In this document: positions 18,444 through 28,214 of the stretch, one piece after another
Numbering within the stretch: the stretch's first letter is position 1
Layout of the letters: each line of letters begins with the position of its first letter
DNA from: Chloroflexota bacterium
GTDB taxonomy: Bacteria; Chloroflexota; Dehalococcoidia; UBA2979
Length of the DNA stretch: 44,756 nucleotides
Assembly: GCA_027593235.1 (NCBI GenBank)
Contig: JAQCIU010000026.1
Coordinates: 1 to 44,756 of the forward strand
Direction of reading: 5' to 3'
Position numbers and translations under genes: made by a program
The notes under the pieces: generated by a model
What the model saw: the letters and a program-made list of their open reading frames with translations, nothing else
The model's database searches: none
What the model was told of the DNA's origin: nothing

Positions 18444-20744
18444 ATGGATGCGATGCGATCACGCCGCGGCGGGGGACCGCCGACTGCAGTGCTCTGGCTG
18501 GTGACGGTCCTCCTCACGGTCGGATCCGCGTGCGCGATCCTCGTGAATCTCCCCACCTGGCCCGATCTCCATCCCACTGACCTCGCCACCGGGCAAATCG
18601 TCGCCACGCTGCCGTTGCTCATCCTGCCGGTGATGCTGATGTCGCTCCTCGCGACCTGGCGCACCGCGGTCGTCCTCGAACGCGCCCGCGCCGAACGTGC
18701 CGAGGGCCGCCTGGAATCCCTTGCCGCCGACCTTCCCGATCAAATGCTCTACGAGGCCGATGCCGCGGGCCGCCTGACCTACGTCAGCCAGGGCTCCCGT
18801 TCCCTCCTCGGCTTCACCCCGGAGCAGATGCTCGGGCGCAGCCTCGGCGAATTCATGGCCGACGATCTCGCTGCCCTGTTGCCGCGCAACGCCGAGGGCG
18901 TTCGATCCAGCGACGGCGTCTGGTCGCACGCCGATGGCACCTTGCGCACCTTGCAGCTCGTACTCCGCCGCGTGCCGGGGGACGGCCCCGCCCGCTTCCG
19001 CGGCGTCGCTCGTGACATCGGCGCCCGCGTCGCCGTCGAGAACGAGCTACGCGAGACCCACCAGTCGTTCCTCGCCATGCTCGAGTCCGCGCAGAACGGC
19101 ATCCTGATCGTCTCGAGCACCGGCAAGATCCTGCTCTTCAACAGCGCCGTCTGTGACCTCCTCGGCTACGCGCCGGAGGCGCTGCGCGTGAAGGCGCTCG
19201 GCGAACTTACGCCGGCCTCGCCGACCGGCTCGCTCATGTCGCTGGTTACCGCCCGCATCTGGGGCGCCGCCCCGCCCGGCCGCTACGAGAAGCAGCTCAC
19301 CCGCGCCGACGGCGAGGTGCGCGACGTCGAGGTATCCGTCTCCAGCTACCCGCTCGGCGAAAACGAGCGCAGCGGCTGGATCGAGATCAGCGACATCACC
19401 GACCGCAAACGCGCCACCGAGCGAATCCAGCAGCTCGCCGACTACGACCACCTCACCGGCCTCCCGAATCGCCAGCTCATGGAGCGTTCGATCGCGGAGG
19501 CCTTGGAGCACGCCCGCATCGCCCGTCGCTCGTTCGCCGTCCTGCTGATGGACCTCGATCGCTTCAAGCTGGTGAACGACACGCTCGGTCACTCGGTCGG
19601 CGACCAGTTGCTCCAGCAGGTCGCCATCCGGTTCGTCGACGCGCTGCCTGCGGGTGACCTCGTCGCCCGCTTCGGCGGTGACGAATTCCTCGTGCTCATC
19701 CCCGATCTCGACGACATCGAGGGCGCCATGCTCTCCGCAAGCTCCCTCGTCGCGGCGCTGAACACCCCGCTCGAGGTCGATGGCCGCGTCCTCCACACCG
19801 CCACCAGCGTCGGCGTTGCCGTCTACCCGCACGACGGTACGGATGCCGCCACGCTGATCCGGCGCGCCGACTCGGCGATGTACCGCGCCAAGGAACTCGG
19901 CGGTTCCGGCTACCAGTTCGCTACCGCCTCGCTCGACGCGGACTCCCGCCACCGGCTCAACATCGAAAACGACCTCCGCGCCGCGATCGACGCCGGCGAA
20001 TTGACCGTCTACTACCATCCGGAAGTCGACATCGCGACCGGGCGCATCGTCAGTTTCGAGGCCCTCGTCCGTTGGAATCACCCGGATCACGGCCTGCTGC
20101 CGCCGCTTGAGTTCATTCCTATCCTCGAGGACAACGGCCTCATCCGCCTCGTCGACGAGTGGGTCCTCCGTCAGGCCTGCCAGCAGTCGCAGCTCTGGCG
20201 GGCGGACGGCCTCGGCCCCGTCATCGTCTCCGTCAACCTCTCCGCGCGACTGTTCGCCAACGAAGGCATGCTCGAGACCATCCAATCCGTGCTCACCGAG
20301 ACCGGCGTTGACCCCACGCTGATCGAGCTTGAGGTCACCGAAACCGCCGCGCTCAAGAACGTCGAGGACGCCGTCGCGATCCTCCGTCAGATCAACGACC
20401 TCGGCGTCCGCACCGCGCTCGATGACTTCGGGACCGGCCACTCCTCGCTCGTCCGCCTCAAGGAGTTCCCGCTCAACACGCTCAAGATCGACGGCTCGTT
20501 CGTCCAGAACGTCACCACCGATGACGATGCCGGCTCGATCGTCAGCGGCGTGATCGCACTCGGACACGCCATCGGTATGACCGTCGTCGCCGAGGGCGTG
20601 GAGAACGAACGCCAGCTCTCGCTGCTGCGGCACCTCGGGTGTGATCTGGCGCAGGGCTACCTGTTTGCGCGGCCGCTCACCGCTGCCGACGCCACGACCC
20701 TGCTCGGCGAGCATCGCCGCCTCGGTCAGGGCTACGCCGCCTAG
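18444..20744 (+). CDS. Membrane-anchored PAS-PAS-GGDEF-EAL c-di-GMP metabolism protein
   Basis: Two N-terminal TM segments, PAS-like regions, DHLTGLPNR, RFGGDEF, FEALVRW, DDFGTG, AEGVE, QGY. Confidence 0.92.
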   Translation: MDAMRSRRGGGPPTAVLWLVTVLLTVGSACAILVNLPTWPDLHPTDLATGQIVATLPLLILPVMLMSLLATWRTAVVLERARAERAEGRLESLAADLPDQMLYEADAAGRLTYVSQGSRSLLGFTPEQMLGRSLGEFMADDLAALLPRNAEGVRSSDGVWSHADGTLRTLQLVLRRVPGDGPARFRGVARDIGARVAVENELRETHQSFLAMLESAQNGILIVSSTGKILLFNSAVCDLLGYAPEALRVKALGELTPASPTGSLMSLVTARIWGAAPPGRYEKQLTRADGEVRDVEVSVSSYPLGENERSGWIEISDITDRKRATERIQQLADYDHLTGLPNRQLMERSIAEALEHARIARRSFAVLLMDLDRFKLVNDTLGHSVGDQLLQQVAIRFVDALPAGDLVARFGGDEFLVLIPDLDDIEGAMLSASSLVAALNTPLEVDGRVLHTATSVGVAVYPHDGTDAATLIRRADSAMYRAKELGGSGYQFATASLDADSRHRLNIENDLRAAIDAGELTVYYHPEVDIATGRIVSFEALVRWNHPDHGLLPPLEFIPILEDNGLIRLVDEWVLRQACQQSQLWRADGLGPVIVSVNLSARLFANEGMLETIQSVLTETGVDPTLIELEVTETAALKNVEDAVAILRQINDLGVRTALDDFGTGHSSLVRLKEFPLNTLKIDGSFVQNVTTDDDAGSIVSGVIALGHAIGMTVVAEGVENERQLSLLRHLGCDLAQGYLFARPLTAADATTLLGEHRRLGQGYAA

Positions 20745-20922
20745 CCCGTACCGCTTGGTCAGGACGGCCGCGTTCGCACCGAACAAATTGATTCGAAGGA
20801 CGGTTGTCCGAGGGCTATTCGCCGCGACCGGACCAGCCGCGTTCGTCGCGACCGTTCCGGCTCAGTGCGCGGCTATTCGACGTGCGCGTCGTCGCTGCGA
20901 CGGCCGGCCGATCCGAAACGCA

Positions 20923-21057
20923 TCAGGTCCCGCACCTTGGGGCGCAGCCTTCGCAGTAGTCCTTGCCGTTCGCCATGTACACGAACGGGCCGCGCGTCTG
21001 ACGGCAGGTCGTGCAGCGCATCACCGGTGTGCGAGGAACGGGTTCATTGGTCGTCAT
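20923..21057 (-). CDS. Putative 44-aa CxxC/CxxC zinc-finger microprotein (not in ORF track)
   Basis: Manual translation MTTNEPVPRTPVMRCTTCRQTRGPFVYMANGKDYCEGCAPRCGT*; no clear RBS. Confidence 0.4.
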   Translation of the reverse strand: MTTNEPVPRTPVMRCTTCRQTRGPFVYMANGKDYCEGCAPRCGT

Positions 21058-21134
21058 CGTGAGCCGATCATCGGATCGATCTGCGCATCCCGATACCGCC
21101 CCGCGAACCAGGAGATCAACGCGTGAGGCGTTCG

Positions 21135-21701
21135 TCAGCCCCGCCGGAGCTTGCGGATCTCTGCCGAAACCACGCCGTTCTTGATGTCTAGGTTCGCGAA
21201 CGTCCCCAGCTCACCGGAGGCGTGCCGGAAGTTCGGACGGGTGGTGCTCCCGGGGTTCACGAACAGCATCCCGCCCACCATCCCGATGTACTCGTGGTGC
21301 GTATCCCCGAAACAAACGACGTCGACCGGCCCGCCGAATCGCCGCTCGATCACCTCCCGCGGGTCATGTCGAGGAAACTCCACCGTGTGTGTGAACGCGA
21401 TCGTGCCGCCGTGCAGCCGGATATCGTGCACCATCCCGATCCGCACCCCCTCGATCTCCACGATCCGCGTCTCCTCCGCCAGCCGCTCCCCCGCCTCGCG
21501 TGGGTCCGGGTACCCGCGTACCGCCAGCACCGGCGCGATCGTTTCGAGGTGGTCCAGCACACCGAGGGCATCGAGGTCCCCGCAGTGCAAGATCAGATCG
21601 GAACCCTCGAGGGCGGCAAGCAACTCCCGAGGCGAACCCCAGCCGTCGCCCTGTTCGTGCGTATCCGACACGACAGAGATGCGCGTGCTGTTCACGCGCA
21701 T
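21135..21701 (-). CDS. YfcE/MJ0936-family metallophosphoesterase
   Basis: VSDTH, HCGD, GDTH, NPGS motifs; start uncertain. Confidence 0.85.
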   Translation of the reverse strand: MRVNSTRISVVSDTHEQGDGWGSPRELLAALEGSDLILHCGDLDALGVLDHLETIAPVLAVRGYPDPREAGERLAEETRIVEIEGVRIGMVHDIRLHGGTIAFTHTVEFPRHDPREVIERRFGGPVDVVCFGDTHHEYIGMVGGMLFVNPGSTTRPNFRHASGELGTFANLDIKNGVVSAEIRKLRRG

Positions 21702-21739
21702 CACGCCCGGCCAGGCGTCACCCGTCGATGCCAAGCGCG

Positions 21740-22114
21740 TTACCCCCCGAGGACCGACGTCTCGGCGCCGACCGGCATGATCGACAGGTGCGCCATCGGC
21801 GACCCGCTGTCGTGCGCCCCGTGCCAGTGCTCCAGGCCTGCCGGGACGACCGCGCAGTCACCGACGCTCACCACCCGCTCGCCCTCGCGATCGCCGACCT
21901 TGCCGATCCCGCTCACCACGTACAGCACCTGGTCGCGCGTGTGCGTGTGCCACCCGGCCCGCGCGCCCGGCGCGAAGTGCACCACCGCCACGTTCGTGTC
22001 CTCGGTCAGCCCCGTGCTCAGCGGGCGCCCCCACACCTGGCCACCCTCGAAGATCGCGGCCTCGGTCCGTTCGACCGTCTCGCCGTCGTCGGATTTGATC
22101 ACGTGAACCTGCAT
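21740..22114 (-). CDS. Cupin domain protein
   Basis: WHTH...QVL and EHWHGA metal-binding motifs. Confidence 0.88.
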   Translation of the reverse strand: MQVHVIKSDDGETVERTEAAIFEGGQVWGRPLSTGLTEDTNVAVVHFAPGARAGWHTHTRDQVLYVVSGIGKVGDREGERVVSVGDCAVVPAGLEHWHGAHDSGSPMAHLSIMPVGAETSVLGG

Positions 22115-22131
22115 CAGTGCTCCTTGGCGAT

Positions 22132-24084
22132 CTATGCGACGGGTTCGGGCACCCGCGCCTCAATGAATTCGTAATCCTCGGGGTCTGGTCGTTGTGTCTG
22201 CGTCCAGAACTCCAGCAGCGTGAACGGCCAGTTCTGCGTCACGTGCCCATCCGCGTTCTTGTACCAGCTCGTCACCCCCGAGGTCCCCCACGCCATCTGC
22301 GCGTTCCCCCGGTCGATCCGATCGTTGTAGGCGTCGTGCACCTCGGGACGCACGTCGATCGCCGCTTTCCCCTCCGCCAGCAGGAGTTGGATGCAGCCCA
22401 TCACGTACCGCATCTCGCACTCGGCGAAGAAGATCGTGCTGCCGTTCACCACGATGTTCGTGTTCGGCCCGTAGAGCAGGAACAGGTTCGGATAGTTCGG
22501 GATCGTCACGCCCATGTACGCGCGTGCCGTCCCCGCCCAGTGGTCGTGCAACTCGATCCCGCCGCGGCCGTACACCGCCATCGGCATCAGGAACGAGGAT
22601 GCCTGGAACCCCGTCGCATAGATGATCACGTCGAACGCCTCGCTGCGCCCGCCCGCCGTCTCAATCCCACTCGGCGTGATCCGCGCGATCGGATCGACCA
22701 CCACCTCCACGTTGTCGCGCTGCAGCGCACGCAGCCAGTTGCCGTCATCCACGACCATCCGCTTGCCGCCCGGCGGATAGTCCGGGATCGCGTGCTCCAG
22801 GACCGCTGGTGCGTCCTGCAAGCTCGCGTTGATGTACCCGGTCAGCGTCTCTCGCATCTTCTGGTTCGCCGCGCTAACCGAGCCGGCCTCGTCCCACTCG
22901 GGATCGACCGTCACCGACTTCAACATCCCCTCGCTGCTCCGCCAGAACAGCGAGAACCGGTACCAGTTGTAGTAGAACGGCACGTGCGTCAGCAGCCAGT
23001 GCTTCCCCTCCGGGATCGGCTGGCGGTAGATCGGCTGTGGCGCCATCCACGGTGGTGTCCGCTGAAAGATCACCACCTCCTCCGCCTGCTGCGCGATCTC
23101 CGGGACGAACTGGAACGCGCTCGCCCCCGTCCCCACGACCCCGACCCGCTTCCCCTCCAGCGACACCTCGTGCTGCCACTCCCCCGAGTGGAACGAGGGC
23201 CCCTCGAACGTCTCGCGCCCCTCGATCTGCGGCATCCGAGGACGGTTGAGCTGCCCGACGGCGCTGATCACCGCCGCCGCTTCGATCTCCTCGCTGCCCC
23301 CGCCCGGTGGTCGTACCATCACCGTCCAGCGCCCCGTCGCCTCATCGAGGCGTGCCGACTCCACCGCCGTGTTGAACCGGATCTTCGAGCGAATCCCGTA
23401 CTTGTCGGCACAGTGATCGAAGTACTCGAACAGCACCTGTCGGTTCGAATACCAGTACGGCCAGTCGTACGGCTCGAACGAGTACGAGTAGATGTGGTTC
23501 TGGTTGTCGACCCGGCAGCCCGGGTACTGGTTCTGCCACCAGGTCCCGCCGACCTGCCCGTTCTTCTCCACGATCGTGTACGGGATGTGCTCCTGATCGA
23601 GCCGGATCGCCGCGAGTAGGCCGGACGTCCCCGCGCCGATGATCACCACGTGGAAGCCCGCTCGGGGCTCCTCCGCGATCCCCTCAAACGAGGCGTGCGC
23701 GTACGGATCCTGTCCGTCGATCCCCAACTCCGAGTGCAGGAACGCCTTGTAATCGCGCGGGATCCCCTCCCCCACGATGTAGTCCGTCATCTCCTCGATC
23801 GCCTCGTCCGAGGGCCGCGCCGGCAGCGTGCTGCCGCCATCCCGAAAGCGCTTCAACACCTCGAGGGCAATCGCGCGGGCGCGCGCCTGATCCTCCGGCG
23901 GGATGCCGCCCTGCGGATCCTGGAACAACGCCGCGATCGGCTTGATGTCGCCGCGGATGTGGCTGATCTCGCCGCTGACGTGCACCAGCGCGTTCATCAG
24001 CGAGGGAACGTGCGCCACCTCAAGGGCGGCGCGCAACTCCTCATCGGTCGCGGTGATCGGTGGGTACGGCTCGGCCTGAGTCAT
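22132..24084 (-). CDS. Flavin-containing Baeyer-Villiger monooxygenase (HapE-like, N-terminally extended)
   Basis: GAGTSG, GGTWWQNQYPG, FEGPSFHSGEW (BVMO fingerprint), GTGASA, ATGF. Confidence 0.9.
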   Translation of the reverse strand: MTQAEPYPPITATDEELRAALEVAHVPSLMNALVHVSGEISHIRGDIKPIAALFQDPQGGIPPEDQARARAIALEVLKRFRDGGSTLPARPSDEAIEEMTDYIVGEGIPRDYKAFLHSELGIDGQDPYAHASFEGIAEEPRAGFHVVIIGAGTSGLLAAIRLDQEHIPYTIVEKNGQVGGTWWQNQYPGCRVDNQNHIYSYSFEPYDWPYWYSNRQVLFEYFDHCADKYGIRSKIRFNTAVESARLDEATGRWTVMVRPPGGGSEEIEAAAVISAVGQLNRPRMPQIEGRETFEGPSFHSGEWQHEVSLEGKRVGVVGTGASAFQFVPEIAQQAEEVVIFQRTPPWMAPQPIYRQPIPEGKHWLLTHVPFYYNWYRFSLFWRSSEGMLKSVTVDPEWDEAGSVSAANQKMRETLTGYINASLQDAPAVLEHAIPDYPPGGKRMVVDDGNWLRALQRDNVEVVVDPIARITPSGIETAGGRSEAFDVIIYATGFQASSFLMPMAVYGRGGIELHDHWAGTARAYMGVTIPNYPNLFLLYGPNTNIVVNGSTIFFAECEMRYVMGCIQLLLAEGKAAIDVRPEVHDAYNDRIDRGNAQMAWGTSGVTSWYKNADGHVTQNWPFTLLEFWTQTQRPDPEDYEFIEARVPEPVA

Positions 24085-24230
24085 CGTGGACGCTCCGGTG
24101 ATCGAGGGGGATCGGTCCGGACGATAGCAAGAATGCCGCACCCGGATACCGGCCCTCAGCCGTGCCCCCGCCCGGGGCGGACGGACCGTTCGTCCGCCCC
24201 CTCGGGCTCGCCTGCTCTCTGCTGCGGGTG

Positions 24231-25694
24231 CTACGGCGTGATCGTGACGGTGACCTGCTTCCCGAACCGCGCCTCACCGTCGCTGATGCCGATGTTCATC
24301 GAGTACTGCCCGGGCGCGAGGCCGCTCAGATCCCACTGCACCTCGGCAGTCTGCGGGTCCTTCGTGCCCGTGAGCCGCACCGTCGGCGGCGCAACCGTTC
24401 CCACGAACGGCGACCACTCAACCGTCACCGGGTCGCCGTCGCTGTCCTGCACCGTCACCGTGTAGGTGAAGATCCCGGCGCGCCCCTTCAGGCCGTTGGT
24501 CAACTCCAGCACCGCCGGAGCCTCGTTGGGCGCCTCGACCGCCACCGTGCTCGTCGTCACCTCTACGTTGACCGACTTCCCGATCCAGCCGGTCCCGTCC
24601 CCCACCCGCACGGTCATCGTGTAGGAGCCGATCGGGAACGCGCTCAGATCCCACTCCACCGAACTCGTCACCCAGTCGGGTGCTTCGCCGATCTCCTCGA
24701 TCTCCGGGTCGACCGTGCCCAGGAAGGGATTCCAATCCAGCGTCAGCGCCAGCCCCTCCGGGTGTCGCGCGCGAATCTCAATCGTGTACACCTCGTTCGC
24801 GCCGCTCAGGTCCGGCGTCAGGATCTCTGCCTCAATCGCGTTGAAGGCGTCACCGGAGAGGCCCGGACTCGCCGCCTGTACCAGCGCGTCAATCAGCTCG
24901 CTCGCGCTGTCGGCCTCGAAGTACTGGCCACCCGCCGCCGCTGCGATGCACTCCAGCTCCGCGCGCACGTTCGCGTCGACGTCAAAGCCGATCGTGTGAA
25001 TCGTCAGCGTCGCGTTCGCCGCAACGAGGGCTGCCGCCACCTCGCACACGTCCGCGCCACACGTCTCGAGGCCGTCCGACACCACGACGATCGTGTTTCG
25101 CTGTTCGCCGTCGCTCGGCAGGCTCTCCGCCGCCGCGATCATCGAATCGCCGATCGGCGTCCAACCCTTCGCGTCCAGCCCGTGCGCCATCTCGTCGAAC
25201 TGCGTCGGCTCGACCGGACCGAGCAGGATCACCTCCTCGATGTCCTTGCAGGACGCCTCCTGATCGGAATCGTCCAGCCGGTGCCCGTACACCCACAGGC
25301 TCGCGTGCGCCTCGCCCGGGAACGCCGTGCTGAGCCCTGCCACCGCGTCCTGCGCGATCGCCAGCCGCGTGCGCCCATCCAGGACGTTCAACATCGACCC
25401 GGATGCATCGAGGATCAGCGCGATGTTGTCCGTCACTACCGGCTGCGGCACCACCGTCGTTGCGCGCGGCGTCGCGCTCGCGCTTGCCGTCGCTGCGGCC
25501 GTGGCGGTTGCGCTCGCCGTCGCCTCCGCGGTCGCCGTCGCCGTCGCGCTGCTCTCCACGCCCGCGGTCGCGGTTGCCGTCCCGTCGTCACCGCCGGAAC
25601 AGGCGCTCACACTCAATGCAAACAAGATGCTCACGAGGGCAATCGCCCCAACTCGCGGATTCAACAGCGGATCCTTACCTAAGGCGTACGGCAC
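24231..25694 (-). CDS. VWA-domain lipoprotein with two C-terminal Ig-like repeats
   Basis: Lipobox-like LSVSAC, Ala/Thr linker, MIDAS motifs DASGS / TP / SDG; start uncertain. Confidence 0.8.
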   Translation of the reverse strand: MPYALGKDPLLNPRVGAIALVSILFALSVSACSGGDDGTATATAGVESSATATATAEATASATATAAATASASATPRATTVVPQPVVTDNIALILDASGSMLNVLDGRTRLAIAQDAVAGLSTAFPGEAHASLWVYGHRLDDSDQEASCKDIEEVILLGPVEPTQFDEMAHGLDAKGWTPIGDSMIAAAESLPSDGEQRNTIVVVSDGLETCGADVCEVAAALVAANATLTIHTIGFDVDANVRAELECIAAAAGGQYFEADSASELIDALVQAASPGLSGDAFNAIEAEILTPDLSGANEVYTIEIRARHPEGLALTLDWNPFLGTVDPEIEEIGEAPDWVTSSVEWDLSAFPIGSYTMTVRVGDGTGWIGKSVNVEVTTSTVAVEAPNEAPAVLELTNGLKGRAGIFTYTVTVQDSDGDPVTVEWSPFVGTVAPPTVRLTGTKDPQTAEVQWDLSGLAPGQYSMNIGISDGEARFGKQVTVTITP

Positions 25695-25757
25695 GCGCGG
25701 AACCGTACCAGCCGATCCGCTTGCGCGCGCCTGCGAAAGGTCATGTTCGCGAGCGCT

Positions 25758-27143
25758 CTACGCGGGCTCCCACAATTCGGTCTCGGGATAGAACTGCGAC
25801 CAGGCGAACCAGAATGATTGGTGCGTGGCGATCGTTTCGCCCGACGGCGTCTCCGCGCGCAACGCACCGTCCACCAGCCGCACCGTGATCCCGTCGAACA
25901 TCACCGCCGCTCCGGTCGCGATCGCGAAGCGTGCCGCTGCCGCCGGGAATGCCACCACGGTGCCCTCGTGCCGCACCCCCAGCACCGGCTCCTGCACCAG
26001 CAGCCGAGGGTCGACAGACCCCGTCGGGAAGATCGGGCCGTTCGCGTCCCGCTCCCCCAGCGGGTCGAGCGTGTAGCTGCCTAACTGCCCCGACACCGCC
26101 GCCACAATCTGGGCGTCCGGCCGCGCCGCTCGGAAGTGCCCCCACTCCGCCACCCCGACCGACACCGGTTCGAGGACCAGCCCCACGTCGTGCAGCGGAC
26201 CGGAGATCGCCCGCCCCCGGAACGTGTCGAACAGCGAGTACGTGTGGAGCTCGAACATCACCTTGTTCGATCGCGAGAGCAGCCCCGACGTCCGAATCTC
26301 CAGCGTCCCCGTCGATGTCTCGATGCCCTCCGGCAACTCGTCGGTGAAGAATGCCTGCGCCGTCCCGCAGAGCGTGCAATACACGAGCGCGATCCGCCGA
26401 CCGCCGATCGTGTCGTTCACCAACTCGTGCACTTCCATCACGTTCTTCGGATACGCGCGGATCTCGCCGTTGACCTCAACCGTGAACACCAGCCGCTCGT
26501 CCGGGTACCAGTCACCGTTTGCCGCCCCTGTCACCGGCGGATCGTTGAGCGACGGGATGCAGTTGCCGCACCCGCGGTCCGCCTGGTCGATCGGGCGGTC
26601 ATCGATCGCCACCCCGCCCCAGCTCACCAGCCGCCAGTCCACCTCGCTGTTCGGGTCGTCGAAGAACGGATTCCAGTCCGCGCCGATCAGTTGAATCAGC
26701 GCGATCTTCAGCCGCGCATAGTCGTCCGGTGCCGCGATGTCGTTGCCGATCAGGTAGTCGGTCGTCTGTTTCCAGCCGCGCGGGTACTCCTCCTGGCCGG
26801 TCAGCTCCTGCCACGCATCGTTCAGCTCTTCCGCCGTCTGCCCGCGCGGGAAGAACTGCATCAGGTCCGAGAGATACCAGGCGTTGCGAACGTCGCCGCT
26901 CCGCCCCACCCGCGCGATCCGCTCCGAACTCAGCCCGCGGTTGAACGCGTGCATGAGGACCTCGATGTCCTTCGCGGTCTGCTCCGGGGGAGTGGTCGGG
27001 GTTGCGAGCGCTGCCGCGGTCGTCGGCTCGGCCGATGACACCGCCGTCGCATCCGCTCCGTCGTCAGTGTCGGAGCAGGCCACGAGGCCCAGCGCGGCGG
27101 CAGCCAACGCCACGGCTATCGCCGCCCGGAGGTTCAGGCGCAT
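25758..27143 (-). CDS. DUF3179-domain lipoprotein
   Basis: Lipobox LVAC, WGGV, RAYP, HELVND, YCTLCG, SGLL..SN, FWFAW. Confidence 0.85.
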   Translation of the reverse strand: MRLNLRAAIAVALAAAALGLVACSDTDDGADATAVSSAEPTTAAALATPTTPPEQTAKDIEVLMHAFNRGLSSERIARVGRSGDVRNAWYLSDLMQFFPRGQTAEELNDAWQELTGQEEYPRGWKQTTDYLIGNDIAAPDDYARLKIALIQLIGADWNPFFDDPNSEVDWRLVSWGGVAIDDRPIDQADRGCGNCIPSLNDPPVTGAANGDWYPDERLVFTVEVNGEIRAYPKNVMEVHELVNDTIGGRRIALVYCTLCGTAQAFFTDELPEGIETSTGTLEIRTSGLLSRSNKVMFELHTYSLFDTFRGRAISGPLHDVGLVLEPVSVGVAEWGHFRAARPDAQIVAAVSGQLGSYTLDPLGERDANGPIFPTGSVDPRLLVQEPVLGVRHEGTVVAFPAAAARFAIATGAAVMFDGITVRLVDGALRAETPSGETIATHQSFWFAWSQFYPETELWEPA

Positions 27144-27280
27144 CTCAGCTCCTCGGATCGCCGGGTGGGGGCGCGCTGCCCGATCGTACGCGAGCACCCC
27201 TCTCTACGAGGGTGATCGCCGCTCCGCTGCCGCCCGCCTGACTGCGTTAGAGCTGCCGCCGCGCCGTCGGACCGCATTGC

Positions 27281-28144
27281 CTACTGACGCGCCCGCCGCT
27301 CCTTCCACCAGGCGTCTTCCTCGGCGAATCGCTCCGCGTTCCACGTGAGCGCCGCCTTCAGACCGCCCTCCGCCCGCCGCGCGTTGTACTCCTCGATCAC
27401 CGGTGACGACTCCGGGCTCGCGAGGGCATTCGCTTCGAGTTCGAGCGAGCGCTCGAGCACCTGCCGGACGCCCATCAACTCGTAAGACATGTTGATCAGC
27501 TTTTTGTTGTACTCGACCGTCGGCTCGGGCAGCTTCGCAATCGTCAGCGCCTGCCGCCGAACCGCCTCGTCCAGCTCGTCAGCCGGAACAACCTCGTTCA
27601 CGAGGACCAGCCGCTTCGCCTCTTGGGCGTCGATCAGGTTGCCGGTGTAGAGCAGCTCGCGCGCCTTCGTCATCCCAATCACCCACGGCCAGACTGCCGG
27701 GATGTACGGCCCGCCGGTCCGGATCTCCGGCGCGCCGAACAGCGCATCCTCTGAACAGATCCGCAGGTCGCAGAACGTCGCGGTCGCCAGCCCGCCGGCG
27801 ATACAGAAGCCGTGGATCTGCGCGATGATCGGCTTGGGGTTGTTCCAGAACACATCCCACCACGCCGAAGCGCTGAACCCCTTTCCCTTCATGAAGCGGT
27901 TGCGAACCTGCACCGCATTCGATCCCCCACCCCCGCCGCTGATGTCGAACCCAGCACTGAACGCGCGACCGGCCGCCTTCAGCACGATCACGCGAATCTG
28001 CTCGTCGCCCCAGCCCGCATCCTCCAGGGCGTCACGTACCTCCAGTTGGAGGTCTTCCGAGAGCGCATTGATCTTCTCGGGACGGTTGAGGGTGACCGTG
28101 GCGATCGGCCCGTCCTTCTCGTAAACGATGTTCTCGTAGTCCAT
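27281..28144 (-). CDS. Enoyl-CoA hydratase/isomerase family protein
   Basis: LNRPEKINAL, FSAGFD, KPIIAQIHGFCIAGG. Confidence 0.9.
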   Translation of the reverse strand: MDYENIVYEKDGPIATVTLNRPEKINALSEDLQLEVRDALEDAGWGDEQIRVIVLKAAGRAFSAGFDISGGGGGSNAVQVRNRFMKGKGFSASAWWDVFWNNPKPIIAQIHGFCIAGGLATATFCDLRICSEDALFGAPEIRTGGPYIPAVWPWVIGMTKARELLYTGNLIDAQEAKRLVLVNEVVPADELDEAVRRQALTIAKLPEPTVEYNKKLINMSYELMGVRQVLERSLELEANALASPESSPVIEEYNARRAEGGLKAALTWNAERFAEEDAWWKERRARQ

Positions 28145-28214
28145 GGCCGCCACCGTCTCCTCCGCGCACAGCGTGTGCGGCGGCATTGTAGGCCGCGTCA
28201 ACGAGGCCGATGCG

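Noticed and set aside
19047-20786. Long antisense or alternative-frame ORFs (also 5489-7213, 22117-23619, 24162-25682, 36778-38688)
   Set aside because: Shadow ORFs expected at high GC; they overlap well-supported genes and carry no recognisable motifs
25440-25590. Repetitive gccgtc/gcggtc tract as a repeat array or CRISPR
   Set aside because: It encodes the low-complexity Ala/Thr linker of the VWA lipoprotein; no repeat-spacer structure and no cas genes
25758-27143. DUF3179 as a further selenoprotein
   Set aside because: The reading frame is uninterrupted and the motif positions are Cys (CGNC, CTLC)
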